Positions 10,817 to 20,400 of a stretch of DNA of 64,000 bases are shown here, in pieces; position 1 is the first letter of the stretch; the number at the start of each line of letters is the position of its first letter. A program made the translations under genes and the position numbers. The notes under the pieces are model-generated. The model worked only from the letters and a program-made list of their open reading frames with translations, had not been told where the DNA came from and made no database searches. The DNA comes from Halodesulfurarchaeum sp. GTDB lineage: Archaea; Halobacteriota; Halobacteria; Halobacteriales; Halobacteriaceae. Location: contig JBDGUI010000014.1 of the NCBI GenBank assembly GCA_042216015.1, forward strand, positions 1-64,000, given 5' to 3'.

Positions 10817-11254
10817 ATGAACCCGGGCACCTACACGATACTCCTCGAACTCGAGGAGGAGCGGACGGTGACGTTCGGGGCCGCCGGCTCTCGGGAGTTG
10901 GCGCCCGGATTTTACGCGTATACGGGGAGTGCGTTCGGTCCCGGTGGACTCTCGCGGGTCGATCGTCACCGTCGGGTACTCCGGGGACGCAACTCGACCC
11001 GCCACTGGCACGTCGATTATCTTCTCGACAATTCCGCGGTCACATGGATTGGCACCTGGGTGAGCCCCCATCGACGAAACGAATGCGAGATCGCCGGAGC
11101 ACTCCTGGGGGACCCCCTTCCGGGCATCGGCTCGTCGGACTGTTCCTGTGAGAGCCATCTCGTGTTCCATACCGACCGTTCGACACTGACCACAGCGATC
11201 GAAGCCGTACACGAGAAGCGCTATTCGTCGGTAAGCCACTCCGAGGGGGACTGA
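10817..11254 (+). CDS. GIY-YIG (Uri superfamily, DUF123) nuclease
   Basis: GTYTILL, YAYTGSA, RVDRH, HWHVDYLL and GSSDCSCESHL. Confidence 0.85.
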   Translation: MNPGTYTILLELEEERTVTFGAAGSRELAPGFYAYTGSAFGPGGLSRVDRHRRVLRGRNSTRHWHVDYLLDNSAVTWIGTWVSPHRRNECEIAGALLGDPLPGIGSSDCSCESHLVFHTDRSTLTTAIEAVHEKRYSSVSHSEGD

Positions 11255-11871
11255 CCGAACCCCCGTGTTCTGATCTCTCGTGGTCCGTCATCTGGAACGC
11301 GCAACTGGATCACGCCGTCGAAGAGCTGATTGAGCGTGTTGATCGTCTGGGCATCGTGGGAATCCGGGTCGATCGAAAACAGGCCGAGCCAGCCCATCGA
11401 CTGGATCTGTCTGGTGAAGACGTGAAGGAACCGAAAGAGTCGCTCGAGATCGACGTACATGAGCACCGGTGTGAGCGAATCGAAGGCAACCCGCACCCGA
11501 TCGATCCCCTGGGAATCAGTCTCCTTGGAGAGCTGTGAGAATTCGATCCCGATCCCCGTCAAATCACCCGGAGAGCCACAGCTCCTGATGATCTCATCGT
11601 GGTCCCCGGGGGAATCCGAGCCAACACTGTCGACGATCCGAACGTAGGCATCATTGGGGACGTGTTCCCCGAATTGCTCATAAACCTGTGTGCCACTGTC
11701 GTTCGCGGTGACGATCACCGATCCCTCTCCACGAGTTGCGCCGTGGCTCAGCACGTCGAACATGAGCTGTCGTTTGCCGGACATCGCAGGACCGCTCACC
11801 AGGATGTTCGTTCCCGGTTCCACGCTGTCGACGAGCGGGGCCGGCACGGCGTCGCCAAGTTCATAGCTCAT
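11221..11871 (-). CDS. KaiC/RecA-superfamily ATPase-like protein
   Basis: NILVSGPAMSGK, SPGDLTGIG, RVAFDSLT, FRFLHVFT and QLFDGVIQLR. Confidence 0.8.
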   Translation of the reverse strand: MSYELGDAVPAPLVDSVEPGTNILVSGPAMSGKRQLMFDVLSHGATRGEGSVIVTANDSGTQVYEQFGEHVPNDAYVRIVDSVGSDSPGDHDEIIRSCGSPGDLTGIGIEFSQLSKETDSQGIDRVRVAFDSLTPVLMYVDLERLFRFLHVFTRQIQSMGWLGLFSIDPDSHDAQTINTLNQLFDGVIQLRVPDDGPREIRTRGFGQSPSEWLTDE

Positions 11872-12064
11872 TTGTGTCCCGTCCTTTCCGTAGTGCACTC
11901 ACCGGGGCTATGTAGTTCAGTTCGCGCGTGGACCATAAGTATACTTGGAAAGTGTCGAGCAATTCGTGGTGGGGCCACCGGCCCGATCCGGGGACTGGAG
12001 CGGAGGTGATGTGAGAAATTCCGTCGCACTCTGTTCATTCAACGCGGACTCGGTGAGTGATCGG

Positions 12065-12502
12065 CTATTGGACCGAGTTGACACCGGCAACCTCCTGAAA
12101 TTCGCGAAGGTTCGCGTCGGTCCCGACGACGAGTGTGTCCCCGATCTCGCTCGATCCACAGATGACGATGTGGTCTTCTCCCCGATAGGTCGTCGGTCGG
12201 CGCTCCTCCAGCCGCCGTTCGATCCAGGGGACGAGAAACAGCGGCAACGTGAGAAAAAAGAAAAACACGCCGGTGAATTGCATGAGGATTACCAAAAGCA
12301 GCATCGGCGTACTCGACCACGGGGCGTCCTCGCCATATCCGGTGGTCGTGATGCTCTGGACGACGACCTGCAGCGATTCGAAAAATCCGCGCTCGACGCC
12401 CTCGAGGTAGACCATCCCGTACTGGTAACTCAAAGTATACAGGAGGATCAGCACGACCATCGCGAGGATGTAATAGAGCCCGTGTCGGCGCGTTCGATCC
12501 AT
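12065..12502 (-). CDS. Potassium channel pore protein, shortened (RCK/TrkA domains apparently lost); may be a pseudogene
   Basis: TM1, pore with SITTTGYGE filter, TM2, then only the start of a Rossmann strand (DHIVICG) and a short tail. Confidence 0.75.
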   Translation of the reverse strand: MDRTRRHGLYYILAMVVLILLYTLSYQYGMVYLEGVERGFFESLQVVVQSITTTGYGEDAPWSSTPMLLLVILMQFTGVFFFFLTLPLFLVPWIERRLEERRPTTYRGEDHIVICGSSEIGDTLVVGTDANLREFQEVAGVNSVQ

Positions 12503-12610
12503 ACCCGTAGACTCTCGGGCGGTGGCTTAAAGAGTCGATCGACTACGGGGGCCGGACCCCCGATCATCGTGGGCACAAAAACGTATGAGGACACGTCACG
12601 AATGGCGGAT

Positions 12611-13201
12611 ATGCACGCACTCGACGACACCGACCTCGAGATACTTCGACTGCTGGTCGAGGACGCCCGTCGACCCTACCGGGAGATCGCAGAAACGGTC
12701 GACCTCTCCGCACCCGCGGTCTCGGATCGCGTCGCCCGGCTCAAAGAGCAGGGGATCGTTCGTCGGTTCACCGTCGACGTGGATCGCCGACAGCTTCGGG
12801 AGGGGACACCCGTTCTCGTGAGCCTCTCGGTCGCCCCGGACGCCGTGGCTGGCGTGAAAGACGCCATCGGCGAACTGGAGGCCGTCGAACACCTCTACGT
12901 GACCGTCGACGACGTGGTGATCTTCCACGCGAATGCACCCGAGGACGTGGGTGCCTGGCTGGACCGTCTGCTCGTCACCGACGGCATTCGGGACGTCGAC
13001 GTCTCGCTCCTGAGCGAGAGTCACTGGTCCCCCACCATCGGAGCGACGGACTTCGCGACAGTGTGTGATGAGTGTGGCAACACCGTCACGAGCGAAGGCG
13101 TCACCGCCCGCGTCGGGGACGAGGTCAAACAGTTCTGCTGTCCGTCATGTGAATCCCGCTACTTGGAACGATACGAAGAGCTCAGCGCGGGCGCCGAGTG
13201 A
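12611..13201 (+). CDS. Lrp/AsnC regulator with C-terminal TRASH metal-binding domain (copper-responsive type)
   Basis: LDDTDLEILRLLVEDARRPYREIA HTH and C-terminal CDECG...FCCPSC. Confidence 0.9.
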   Translation: MHALDDTDLEILRLLVEDARRPYREIAETVDLSAPAVSDRVARLKEQGIVRRFTVDVDRRQLREGTPVLVSLSVAPDAVAGVKDAIGELEAVEHLYVTVDDVVIFHANAPEDVGAWLDRLLVTDGIRDVDVSLLSESHWSPTIGATDFATVCDECGNTVTSEGVTARVGDEVKQFCCPSCESRYLERYEELSAGAE

Positions 13202-13250
13202 GCAGCTCCAACCCGAAACGCCCTAAGCCCCCCATCCCCAACGCCTTCCC

Positions 13251-13502
13251 ATGTCGAGCACGCTGCGTGTCCCAGACATGAGTTGTGACGGCTGTGAAGA
13301 CATCGTGCAGAACGCCCTCGAGGAAGTCACGGGTGTCGAATCGGCGAACGCCGACCACGAGGCCGGCACAGTGGACGTCGAGGGCGACGCCGCGACCGGC
13401 GACCTGATCGACGCGGTCGATTACGCCGGGTACTCGGTCGAGGGGGAATCCGAGCCAGCGGCCGAGGAGTCCGAAGCTACCACAGAGGAGACCGAGGAAT
13501 AG
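13251..13502 (+). CDS. copZ: Heavy-metal-associated (HMA) copper chaperone
   Basis: MSCDGC motif in an HMA fold, with an acidic tail; directly downstream of the TRASH regulator. Confidence 0.88.
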   Translation: MSSTLRVPDMSCDGCEDIVQNALEEVTGVESANADHEAGTVDVEGDAATGDLIDAVDYAGYSVEGESEPAAEESEATTEETEE

Positions 13503-13591
13503 GGTCGTTTTTTCGGACATCAGTGACTCGACTGATTACTTTCAATCCGTCCAATAAATATAAAACCCCTCCATTCGTTGGGGTAACTACC

Positions 13592-13852
13592 ATGGTGGTA
13601 GCTGATACCCAGGTGGAAGACCTGCCCCCGAGTGCCAAGCTCGTCCTGAAGGTTCTCGAGTACAACGGAGGCCTGACCCAGAAGCAGATCGTGGACAAGT
13701 CCCGTCTCTCCCAGCGTACCGTCCGGGATGCCCTCGACCGGCTACAGGATCGGACCATCGTCGAGAAGAACATCTACATCCCGGACGCTCGGCAGAACCT
13801 CTATACGCTCTCGGCCCCGGCAAGCGAGAGCCCCGCGGAAGCCGAAGTCTGA
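13592..13852 (+). CDS. Small winged-helix (MarR-like) regulator
   Basis: LPPSAKLVLKVLEYNGGLTQKQIVDKSRLSQRTVRDAL...DARQNLY. Confidence 0.88.
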   Translation: MVVADTQVEDLPPSAKLVLKVLEYNGGLTQKQIVDKSRLSQRTVRDALDRLQDRTIVEKNIYIPDARQNLYTLSAPASESPAEAEV

Positions 13853-13890
13853 ATTCCACGGTCCCCCTGACAATTCCACGGTCCCCCTGA
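13852..13890. repeat. Tandem duplication of 19 bp (period 20): AATTCCACGGTCCCCCTGA x2
   Basis: Exact copies at 13852-13870 and 13872-13890. Confidence 0.9.
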
Positions 13891-13975
13891 TGACTCACGG
13901 GTGGGCAGCGATACCCGTGGACCGGAAAGACAGATTTCTTTCAGTTTCTCACCCACCGACGAATTTGGGATCCGT

Positions 13976-15223
13976 TCAGATGGGCGTTTCACTCCCCCAC
14001 TGCTCGATTGCCCGACCCAGTGCCTCGTGTTCGGCCGCGGCCTCGGAGAGCGACGTCCCGGACGTGTAGGCCTCGACGGATTGTCGGAGTGCCCTGGCCC
14101 CCTGGTGGGTCCCACCTGGGTGGCCGTGAATTCCCCCTCCAGCCTGGACGATCAGGTCCGTTCCGAGCGCGTCGAGAAGGGGTTCGACGGTCCCTGGGTG
14201 AAGGCCACCCGAGGCGACCGGGAGCACGTCTCTGACCCCGTACAATTCACTCCGGAGCCACTCGTTGATTCCGGCGGTGTCCTCGTTTTCGAGTTTGCCG
14301 AGGTTCGCAGTGCCCGTGTGGAGGTGATCGACACCCACTATTCGAGCGAGCTGTGCGAGCACCCGCATCGAAACGCCATGATGGCTCAGTCGGTCGAAGG
14401 CCGCGTGCATCGCCCGGTGAGCGTGTATCGCCATACCGAGATCGTCGGTGTGCTCCCGGATCGACTGGACGGCACCCCAGCCGACGGTGATCACGTCGAC
14501 CATGACGAAATTCCCGCCCTGTTCGGCGACGAACGTCGCCCGCTCCTTCATCGTGTCCACGTCGGCGGTGATGTTGACGAGGTAATCCTTTCGCTCGCCC
14601 GTTTCGGCCTCTGCGCGTTCTGCCTGCTCGAAACTCGCGGTCACCCGGTCGGCAAAGGCGTTGAAGGACTGGTCGGTGAGGTTCTCGTCGTCCTTCAGGA
14701 GGTCCACACCTCCGGTCCAGGCCTCGTATCCGATTTCTGCGTGCTTCTCGCTCGACAGTCCCACCTTTGGCTTCGGGACCGTCGCGAGGACGGGTCGATT
14801 TCCGGCATCGAGGAATCGATCCTTGACCGCCGAACCGAATTGCGGGCCCGGGAACGAACGCGTCAGTCCCTCGGGCCAGTCACAGTCCTGGAGCCTGATC
14901 GAGTCCACGGCCTTCATCCCCAAGATGTTCCCGGCAATGCAGGAGAGCACCTGGGGCATGTTGCCGAACTCGAAGAGCGTCGGCGGATAGGCGACCCGAA
15001 TCTGGCCGTCCCCAACCACGAATGCCGTCGCGCCCACGTCAGTGAACCCATCGCCGACCTCGAGTGCCGCCCAGGTTCCATTCGAACTCTCCGAGGCCAC
15101 CCGTCCGGCGGCCTCCTCCATCGTGAGCCCCTCCGCCGGCTGGATGGCGAAGTCACAGACGAGTTCCTCGGTGTCGGGCCGGTACTCGGTCTCGACAAAG
15201 TCCGCGTACGAAATGCCAGTCAT
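13976..15223 (-). CDS. rbcL: Ribulose-1,5-bisphosphate carboxylase large subunit, form III
   Basis: ESSNGTW, KPKVGLS, GGVDLLKDDENL, HAHRAMH, HLHTGT..GKLE, ASGGLH and AGGGIHGHP: the full catalytic set. Confidence 0.95.
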   Translation of the reverse strand: MTGISYADFVETEYRPDTEELVCDFAIQPAEGLTMEEAAGRVASESSNGTWAALEVGDGFTDVGATAFVVGDGQIRVAYPPTLFEFGNMPQVLSCIAGNILGMKAVDSIRLQDCDWPEGLTRSFPGPQFGSAVKDRFLDAGNRPVLATVPKPKVGLSSEKHAEIGYEAWTGGVDLLKDDENLTDQSFNAFADRVTASFEQAERAEAETGERKDYLVNITADVDTMKERATFVAEQGGNFVMVDVITVGWGAVQSIREHTDDLGMAIHAHRAMHAAFDRLSHHGVSMRVLAQLARIVGVDHLHTGTANLGKLENEDTAGINEWLRSELYGVRDVLPVASGGLHPGTVEPLLDALGTDLIVQAGGGIHGHPGGTHQGARALRQSVEAYTSGTSLSEAAAEHEALGRAIEQWGSETPI

Positions 15224-15307
15224 GTCCACCTACCTTCGTCCGACACGGGCATCAAAGTTCGGTAGCAGCAATGCACACCGCCAATGGAATTCCCCGGCTC
15301 GCCGAAA

Positions 15308-16162
15308 TTAGACCGGCCCCGAGACGGCGTCCTCGAGCCGGGAGATGTAGCCCCGGTTCCCCACGAAAGTCGGCGTCCGCTGGTGGACCGCTGTCGCCGG
15401 CACGTCGAGCAAGGAGCGAGCACCGTCTGTCGAGGCTCCACCCGCCCGTTCAACGATGTAGGCAATTGGGGCTGCCTCGAACAGCAGGCGAAGTTTGCCG
15501 TTCGGTCGACTCTCGAGGGCCGGATATCCAAAGATGCCTCCGTACGTGAGCACCTGGCTGACGTCGGCGATCATCGCCCCTCCATAGCGGAGTTTGAGTT
15601 CCGATCGAACCGTCCCGACGTACTCGGCGAAGTCAGCCGGCCAGTCGGGCTCCCGCCCGCCGAAACCGTACACGGTCGGATCTTCGGGCAGTTCGACGGG
15701 CCCGGTCGACTGCATGGCTCCGTCGTCCACGACGTAGCCCGCTGCCGTATCGTCTCGGGCGATCACCATCGTGGTGATCGGGCCGTACAGGACGAACCCG
15801 GCCGCGAGAAGGTCCCGTCCCCCGGTCGGGAGTGAGCCATCGTAGACCCCGATGACCGTGCCCATCGGGTTGTTCGACTTCAGGTTCGAGGAGCCATCGA
15901 GCGGATCGATGGCAACGGCGTATCCCTCACCCACGTCCTCCACGGTCTCGCGCTCCTCGCTCGCGTATTCGCCGATGCCCTGGACGCTCTCGAAGCGCTC
16001 CCTGAACACGTTATCTGCCCAGACGTCCGCCTCCAGTTGCCGATCGCCGGTCACGTTTGACTGATCAAGCGCGGTCCGTCGGTTCGGCAGGCCCGCCCGG
16101 ATCTTCGGTGCGGTGGTCGCGACGGTCTCGAAAACGGCGTCGATCGGGTCGATTCCGGTCAT
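15308..16162 (-). CDS. fbp: Fructose-1,6-bisphosphatase class I
   Basis: ASEE, AIDPLDGSSNL, YGPIT, RYGGAMIADV and GKLRLLFEAAP. Confidence 0.93.
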   Translation of the reverse strand: MTGIDPIDAVFETVATTAPKIRAGLPNRRTALDQSNVTGDRQLEADVWADNVFRERFESVQGIGEYASEERETVEDVGEGYAVAIDPLDGSSNLKSNNPMGTVIGVYDGSLPTGGRDLLAAGFVLYGPITTMVIARDDTAAGYVVDDGAMQSTGPVELPEDPTVYGFGGREPDWPADFAEYVGTVRSELKLRYGGAMIADVSQVLTYGGIFGYPALESRPNGKLRLLFEAAPIAYIVERAGGASTDGARSLLDVPATAVHQRTPTFVGNRGYISRLEDAVSGPV

Positions 16163-16954
16163 TTACATCCGGTCGAGGGCTGCATCGACGCTCGTCTCCT
16201 CGAAGATGAGCGCCTCGAGGGCGTCGAGCATCGCCTCGGCGTTCTCCCGCTGCCAGACGTTTCGCCCGACTGCCAGGCCGGAGCCGCCGGCGTCGAGGAC
16301 GGTCTTGACGGATTCGAGAAACGCACGATCGGTGGTTTTCGAACCGCCGCTCATGATGACCTCGACCGGACCCGCGCTGTCGACGACCCACTCCATCGCG
16401 TCCTCGCTGCCAGGATATTTCACCTTCGCGACGTCGGCGCCCAGTTCGAGGGCCAGGCGGGCCGCATACGCGATGACCTCGTCTTTGGTGTCGCTTTTCA
16501 CGCCCTGCCCTCGCGGATAGGACCACATGATGACCGGCAGGTCTCGGTCGCGGGCTGCCTCCTGTGCTCGAGCAAACTCCTCTGCCATCTCGACCTCGTG
16601 GTTCGACCCACCGTACAGGGTGAATCCGATGGCATCGGCCCCGAGTTCCTGGGCGTACTCGACCGACCAGTTGACGCTACTGTCGTACTCGCCCATCCAG
16701 AGGTTGGAGGTGCCATTGAGCTTCGCCACGAGGTTCACGCTCTCCTCGTAGGATGGATAGTAGGTTTCGGCGACACCCTTCTGAACCGCGAATCCGGTCA
16801 CTGCGTCGTGGGTGGCCAACTCGAAGACGGTCTCCGGATCCATCGTCTCCGGAACGGCATCGAAGTCGGTCGGTCCGTGCTCCAACCCGTGGTCGTAGGC
16901 GAGAACGAGCAGTTTGCCATCTCTCGCGATCGGCGAGGACTCGAGTGAACGCAT
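16163..16954 (-). CDS. fba: Class I (DhnA-type) fructose-bisphosphate aldolase
   Basis: AYDHGLEHGP, WSYPRG, ELGADVAKVKY, SGG and GLAVGRNVWQ. Abuts fbp. Confidence 0.93.
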   Translation of the reverse strand: MRSLESSPIARDGKLLVLAYDHGLEHGPTDFDAVPETMDPETVFELATHDAVTGFAVQKGVAETYYPSYEESVNLVAKLNGTSNLWMGEYDSSVNWSVEYAQELGADAIGFTLYGGSNHEVEMAEEFARAQEAARDRDLPVIMWSYPRGQGVKSDTKDEVIAYAARLALELGADVAKVKYPGSEDAMEWVVDSAGPVEVIMSGGSKTTDRAFLESVKTVLDAGGSGLAVGRNVWQRENAEAMLDALEALIFEETSVDAALDRM

Positions 16955-17018
16955 CAGGGAACTGTCGGTGGGCGTCGTTTAATAACCTAACTGAACAGTC
17001 GACCCACTCCGGGGTCGA

Positions 17019-17615
17019 TCACTCGACGGCCCGGGCTGCGTTGCGCCACTTTCGAACGATCTCCTCGTCGATGGCCAGCGAGTCGGCCACGGCTTCCGGG
17101 TTACACGAGGCGAGTCGTCGCACCGAGTTGATTCCCGCCTCCCTGAGTGCGGATTCGGCCTCGCCATCCAGGGCCGGGATGGCCGAAATTGGGGTCGGCT
17201 CGCTCTGCTCGCGCCACTCCGCCTCGGCATCGAACTCCCGTTCCACGTCCGGTTGATTCGGCCACGGGCGGCGCTCCCAGGTCGGCTGGGTGTCGTCTTG
17301 ATCGGTTCCCCCTCGACCCGATGCTACCTTTCCATCCCAGTCGCTCGCGCTCGCGGCCACCCACTCGCGTTCGCCCGCCTTCAGCCCTCTCACCTGATCG
17401 GCCCGCCGATCCAGGTCCTCACCACCCTCGAGAGACCACGACAGGGAGTGCTCCCGGCGGATTTTCGCGGCCACGCCGGGATTGACCCCCGCATCGACCA
17501 ACTGGGTGTGAGAGACCCGTCGCTCCCTGATCGCGGCCGCCTCGATACCTGCCCGCTCGAGGACCGCCTCGGTCGCCGGCCCGACGAATTTTACGTCGGT
17601 CAAATCCTCGGACAC
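17019..17615 (-). CDS. Helix-hairpin-helix domain protein (conserved haloarchaeal type)
   Basis: LTDVKFVGPATEAVL and ALDGEAESALREAGINSV HhH-like modules. GTG start at 17615 is inferred. Confidence 0.65.
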   Translation of the reverse strand: MSEDLTDVKFVGPATEAVLERAGIEAAAIRERRVSHTQLVDAGVNPGVAAKIRREHSLSWSLEGGEDLDRRADQVRGLKAGEREWVAASASDWDGKVASGRGGTDQDDTQPTWERRPWPNQPDVEREFDAEAEWREQSEPTPISAIPALDGEAESALREAGINSVRRLASCNPEAVADSLAIDEEIVRKWRNAARAVE

Positions 17616-17785
17616 GAGTCCACCGCCAGAGCATCCGCCCGCGAGTGGCTTGAGTGTTTTCACCGTTCGAAGGCCCTGACCACTCCGTGGCTGCCCGGGA
17701 GTGGATCCCGTTGGATGTTAGTCGAACGACGATGCCAGGTTCGACGAATGCACATGATTTATACCGAGGGTCGCCGAAATCTGGG

Positions 17786-18958
17786 ATGGACATGACCCGG
17801 GTACGAGTCGCTGGCGGCGGATTGACACACTTCGGCGTCCATCCGGAGCGGACGAGTCGCGCACTCTTCGGCGAAGCGGGCGCGGCCGCGATCGAGGACG
17901 CTGGAATCGAACGTTCGGACATCGAATCGATCTTCTACGGGAATTTCATGGGTGAACTCGCCGAGCACCAGGGTCACATGGGGCCCCTGGCCGCCGAGGC
18001 ACTCGGTGTCGACGCTCCCGCCACCCGCTATGAGAGCGCGTGTGCCTCGAGCGGCGTGGCCGTTCGCCAGGCCGTGTTGAACGTCCGCTCGGGCGAGGCA
18101 GACGTCGTTCTCGTCGGCGGTTCGGAACGAATGAACAACCTCCCAACGGCCGAGGCGACTGACGCCCTCGCGATCGCCGCCGACGACCTCTACGAGGTTC
18201 GGGCGGGAATGACCTTCCCGGGTGCGTACGCACTGATGGAAGACGCCTACTTCGAGGAATACGGCGGCTCCAGAGAGGATCTCGCCCACATCGCGGTGAA
18301 GAACCACGAGAACGCACTGGACAACGAGTACGCCCAGTTCCAGCAGGAGATCAGCGTCGAGAAAGCCATGGATGCCCCGCCGGTTGCAGAGCCGATCCAC
18401 CTCTATGACGCCTGCCCGATCACCGACGGCGCCGCCGCGATGGTCCTCGTGAGCGAGGAGTATGCTGCCGAACACGACCTCGACGCCCCGGTCGCGATCA
18501 CTGGCACGGGCCAGGGGAGCGACCGCCTCGCCCTCCAGGACCGGGACTACCTCGCGCGCACCCCCGCGGCGGAAGACGCGGGAAGGGAGGCCTACGAGGA
18601 CGCCGATATCGAGGCCGGAGACGTCGACCTCGCGGAGGTCCATGACTGTTTCACCATCGCCGAAGCGCTGGCCATCGAGGCGCTGGGCCTCTTCGACGCC
18701 GGTGAGGGGATCGGTGCGGCCCGCCGCGGGGAGACGACCGCCGATGGCGAGCTCCCGATCAACCTCTCCGGCGGCCTGAAAGCCAAGGGTCACCCGGTCG
18801 GCGCGACCGGTGCGAGCCAGGTTGTCGAAATGACCAAACTTCTCGAGGGGACTCACCACAACGCCGATGCCGTGGCCGACCCAACCGTCGGCGTCACGCA
18901 CAACGCTGGAGGAACCGTCGCCAGCACGGCCGTCCACGTCCTGGAGGTGGTCGAATGA
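17786..18958 (+). CDS. Thiolase / acetyl-CoA C-acyltransferase (archaeal SCP2-type)
   Basis: ESACASSG, CPITDGAAA, EVHDCFT and NLSGGLKAKGHPVGATG. Confidence 0.92.
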   Translation: MDMTRVRVAGGGLTHFGVHPERTSRALFGEAGAAAIEDAGIERSDIESIFYGNFMGELAEHQGHMGPLAAEALGVDAPATRYESACASSGVAVRQAVLNVRSGEADVVLVGGSERMNNLPTAEATDALAIAADDLYEVRAGMTFPGAYALMEDAYFEEYGGSREDLAHIAVKNHENALDNEYAQFQQEISVEKAMDAPPVAEPIHLYDACPITDGAAAMVLVSEEYAAEHDLDAPVAITGTGQGSDRLALQDRDYLARTPAAEDAGREAYEDADIEAGDVDLAEVHDCFTIAEALAIEALGLFDAGEGIGAARRGETTADGELPINLSGGLKAKGHPVGATGASQVVEMTKLLEGTHHNADAVADPTVGVTHNAGGTVASTAVHVLEVVE

Positions 18959-19344
18959 GCGACGAACCCGTCCGCGATGCGGGCTATGACGACTTCCTCG
19001 ACGCCGTTGGGGAGGGTTCTGCGTTTTACCTCGAATGCCCCGAGAAACATGGATCGCTTCCGCCCCGGCAGGTCTGTCCGGAGTGTGGCAGCGGCGAACT
19101 CGATCGGACAGACCTGCCCGAAGTCGGGACGATCGTGGTCCATAACGTGGTTCACGTCCCGACCCCCAGATTCGCCGATGACACCCCCTACGCGACCGCG
19201 ATCGCCGACTTCGGCCCCCTCTCCCTCACCGGCCAGGTCCGAATCGACGATCCGCACGCGGTCGAAAACGGGCAGGATGTGACCCTCGATACCGATGTAA
19301 CGGACACGAACGAGGATCGTCTGCTCGTCTTCGATCTCGTGTGA
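18955..19344 (+). CDS. DUF35 Zn-ribbon/OB-fold thiolase partner
   Basis: CPEKH..PPRQVCPECG followed by an OB fold. ATGA overlap with the thiolase. Confidence 0.9.
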   Translation: MSDEPVRDAGYDDFLDAVGEGSAFYLECPEKHGSLPPRQVCPECGSGELDRTDLPEVGTIVVHNVVHVPTPRFADDTPYATAIADFGPLSLTGQVRIDDPHAVENGQDVTLDTDVTDTNEDRLLVFDLV

Positions 19345-19401
19345 GTTCGGGGCTTCCACCCGTCCTCGCGTCGGTCCACGAGGAGGGTCGTTCGTGCACT
19401 T

Positions 19402-20229
19402 TCAGTCGGAGTCGTCGCTGAGTCGCTCGGTCGCCTCGACGAGTGGGTGACGGGCGTAATCGACGACCTCCACGTCGGCGAGCGTCTCGAGTCCCTCGTT
19501 TCTGGCGGTTCGGGCCATACCGAGATCGATCCGACCCGGGAGCACGATCACGTAGGCGTCCATCTCCTCGACCCCCATGCGACGTGCGGCCATCACTCGA
19601 TGGTGGCCATCGGCGAGCAACAGGTCTCCTCCATTGTCGATGATGACGAGTGGCTCTGCAAGACCGCGCTCGAGTTCGTATTCCCGGCCCTCCAGTTCGT
19701 CCGCATAGACCGTCCCCTGTGTGGGGGTCAATTCCGCGAGCTTGACCGTTCGTCGCTCCTCCCCTGCCTCCACGTCGTGAATCGTCTCGAGTGTCCGTTT
19801 GAGTTTGCCCACCTTCTCCGGGGTCGCCCGTTCGATCTGGGAGCGGATCACGTCGGCATTCGAGATGATCCCGACGAGATTGCCGGCGTCGTCCACCACC
19901 GGGAGCTTCTGGATTCCCGAACGGAGAATGACTCGCGCGGCGTCGGTGACCTTCATCTCTGGGTGTGCAACGATGAGTTCCTCGCTCATCACCCTGAAGA
20001 GTGGTGTCTCGGGGTCCTGGAGGAGGAGGTCACGGGCCGTGACGAATCCCTCGACGTAGCGGCCGTCGGTGACCGGAAAGCCGTTGTAATCGTCACTCTC
20101 CTTGATCCGTTTTGCGACCTCCTCGACGGTCTCCTCCGCGGAGACCGTGGCCACCTCCCGGGTCATGTACTCCTCGACGCGGGGGCGCTTCGTCCCGCTC
20201 TCGAGATCGAATTCAAAGGGCGAGTCCAT
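19402..20229 (-). CDS. CBS-pair plus ParB/Srx-like domain protein
   Basis: Two CBS repeats (YMTREVATV, QKLPVVDDAGNLVGIIS), then LTPTQ and LLADGHHRV. Confidence 0.88.
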   Translation of the reverse strand: MDSPFEFDLESGTKRPRVEEYMTREVATVSAEETVEEVAKRIKESDDYNGFPVTDGRYVEGFVTARDLLLQDPETPLFRVMSEELIVAHPEMKVTDAARVILRSGIQKLPVVDDAGNLVGIISNADVIRSQIERATPEKVGKLKRTLETIHDVEAGEERRTVKLAELTPTQGTVYADELEGREYELERGLAEPLVIIDNGGDLLLADGHHRVMAARRMGVEEMDAYVIVLPGRIDLGMARTARNEGLETLADVEVVDYARHPLVEATERLSDDSD

Positions 20230-20400
20230 CGCTCCCTCCAGCAAAAGCGTCGCGCGTTCGTCGGTCCATACACCCACTTCGAGCCGCCCTGCCTTCCGTC
20301 TTTTCCGTTCCCCCGTGGGCGGCGAACTCCGCTGGGGTCGGGTGGGACGTGGCATCCGGGTTCGCTTCCCCAGAACCGGTTTTCCCTGGTCGTGACCCGC

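Noticed and set aside
13852..13890. Possible mini-CRISPR
   Set aside because: Only two adjacent 19-bp copies with no spacer, and no cas genes. No CRISPR array was seen anywhere in the window.
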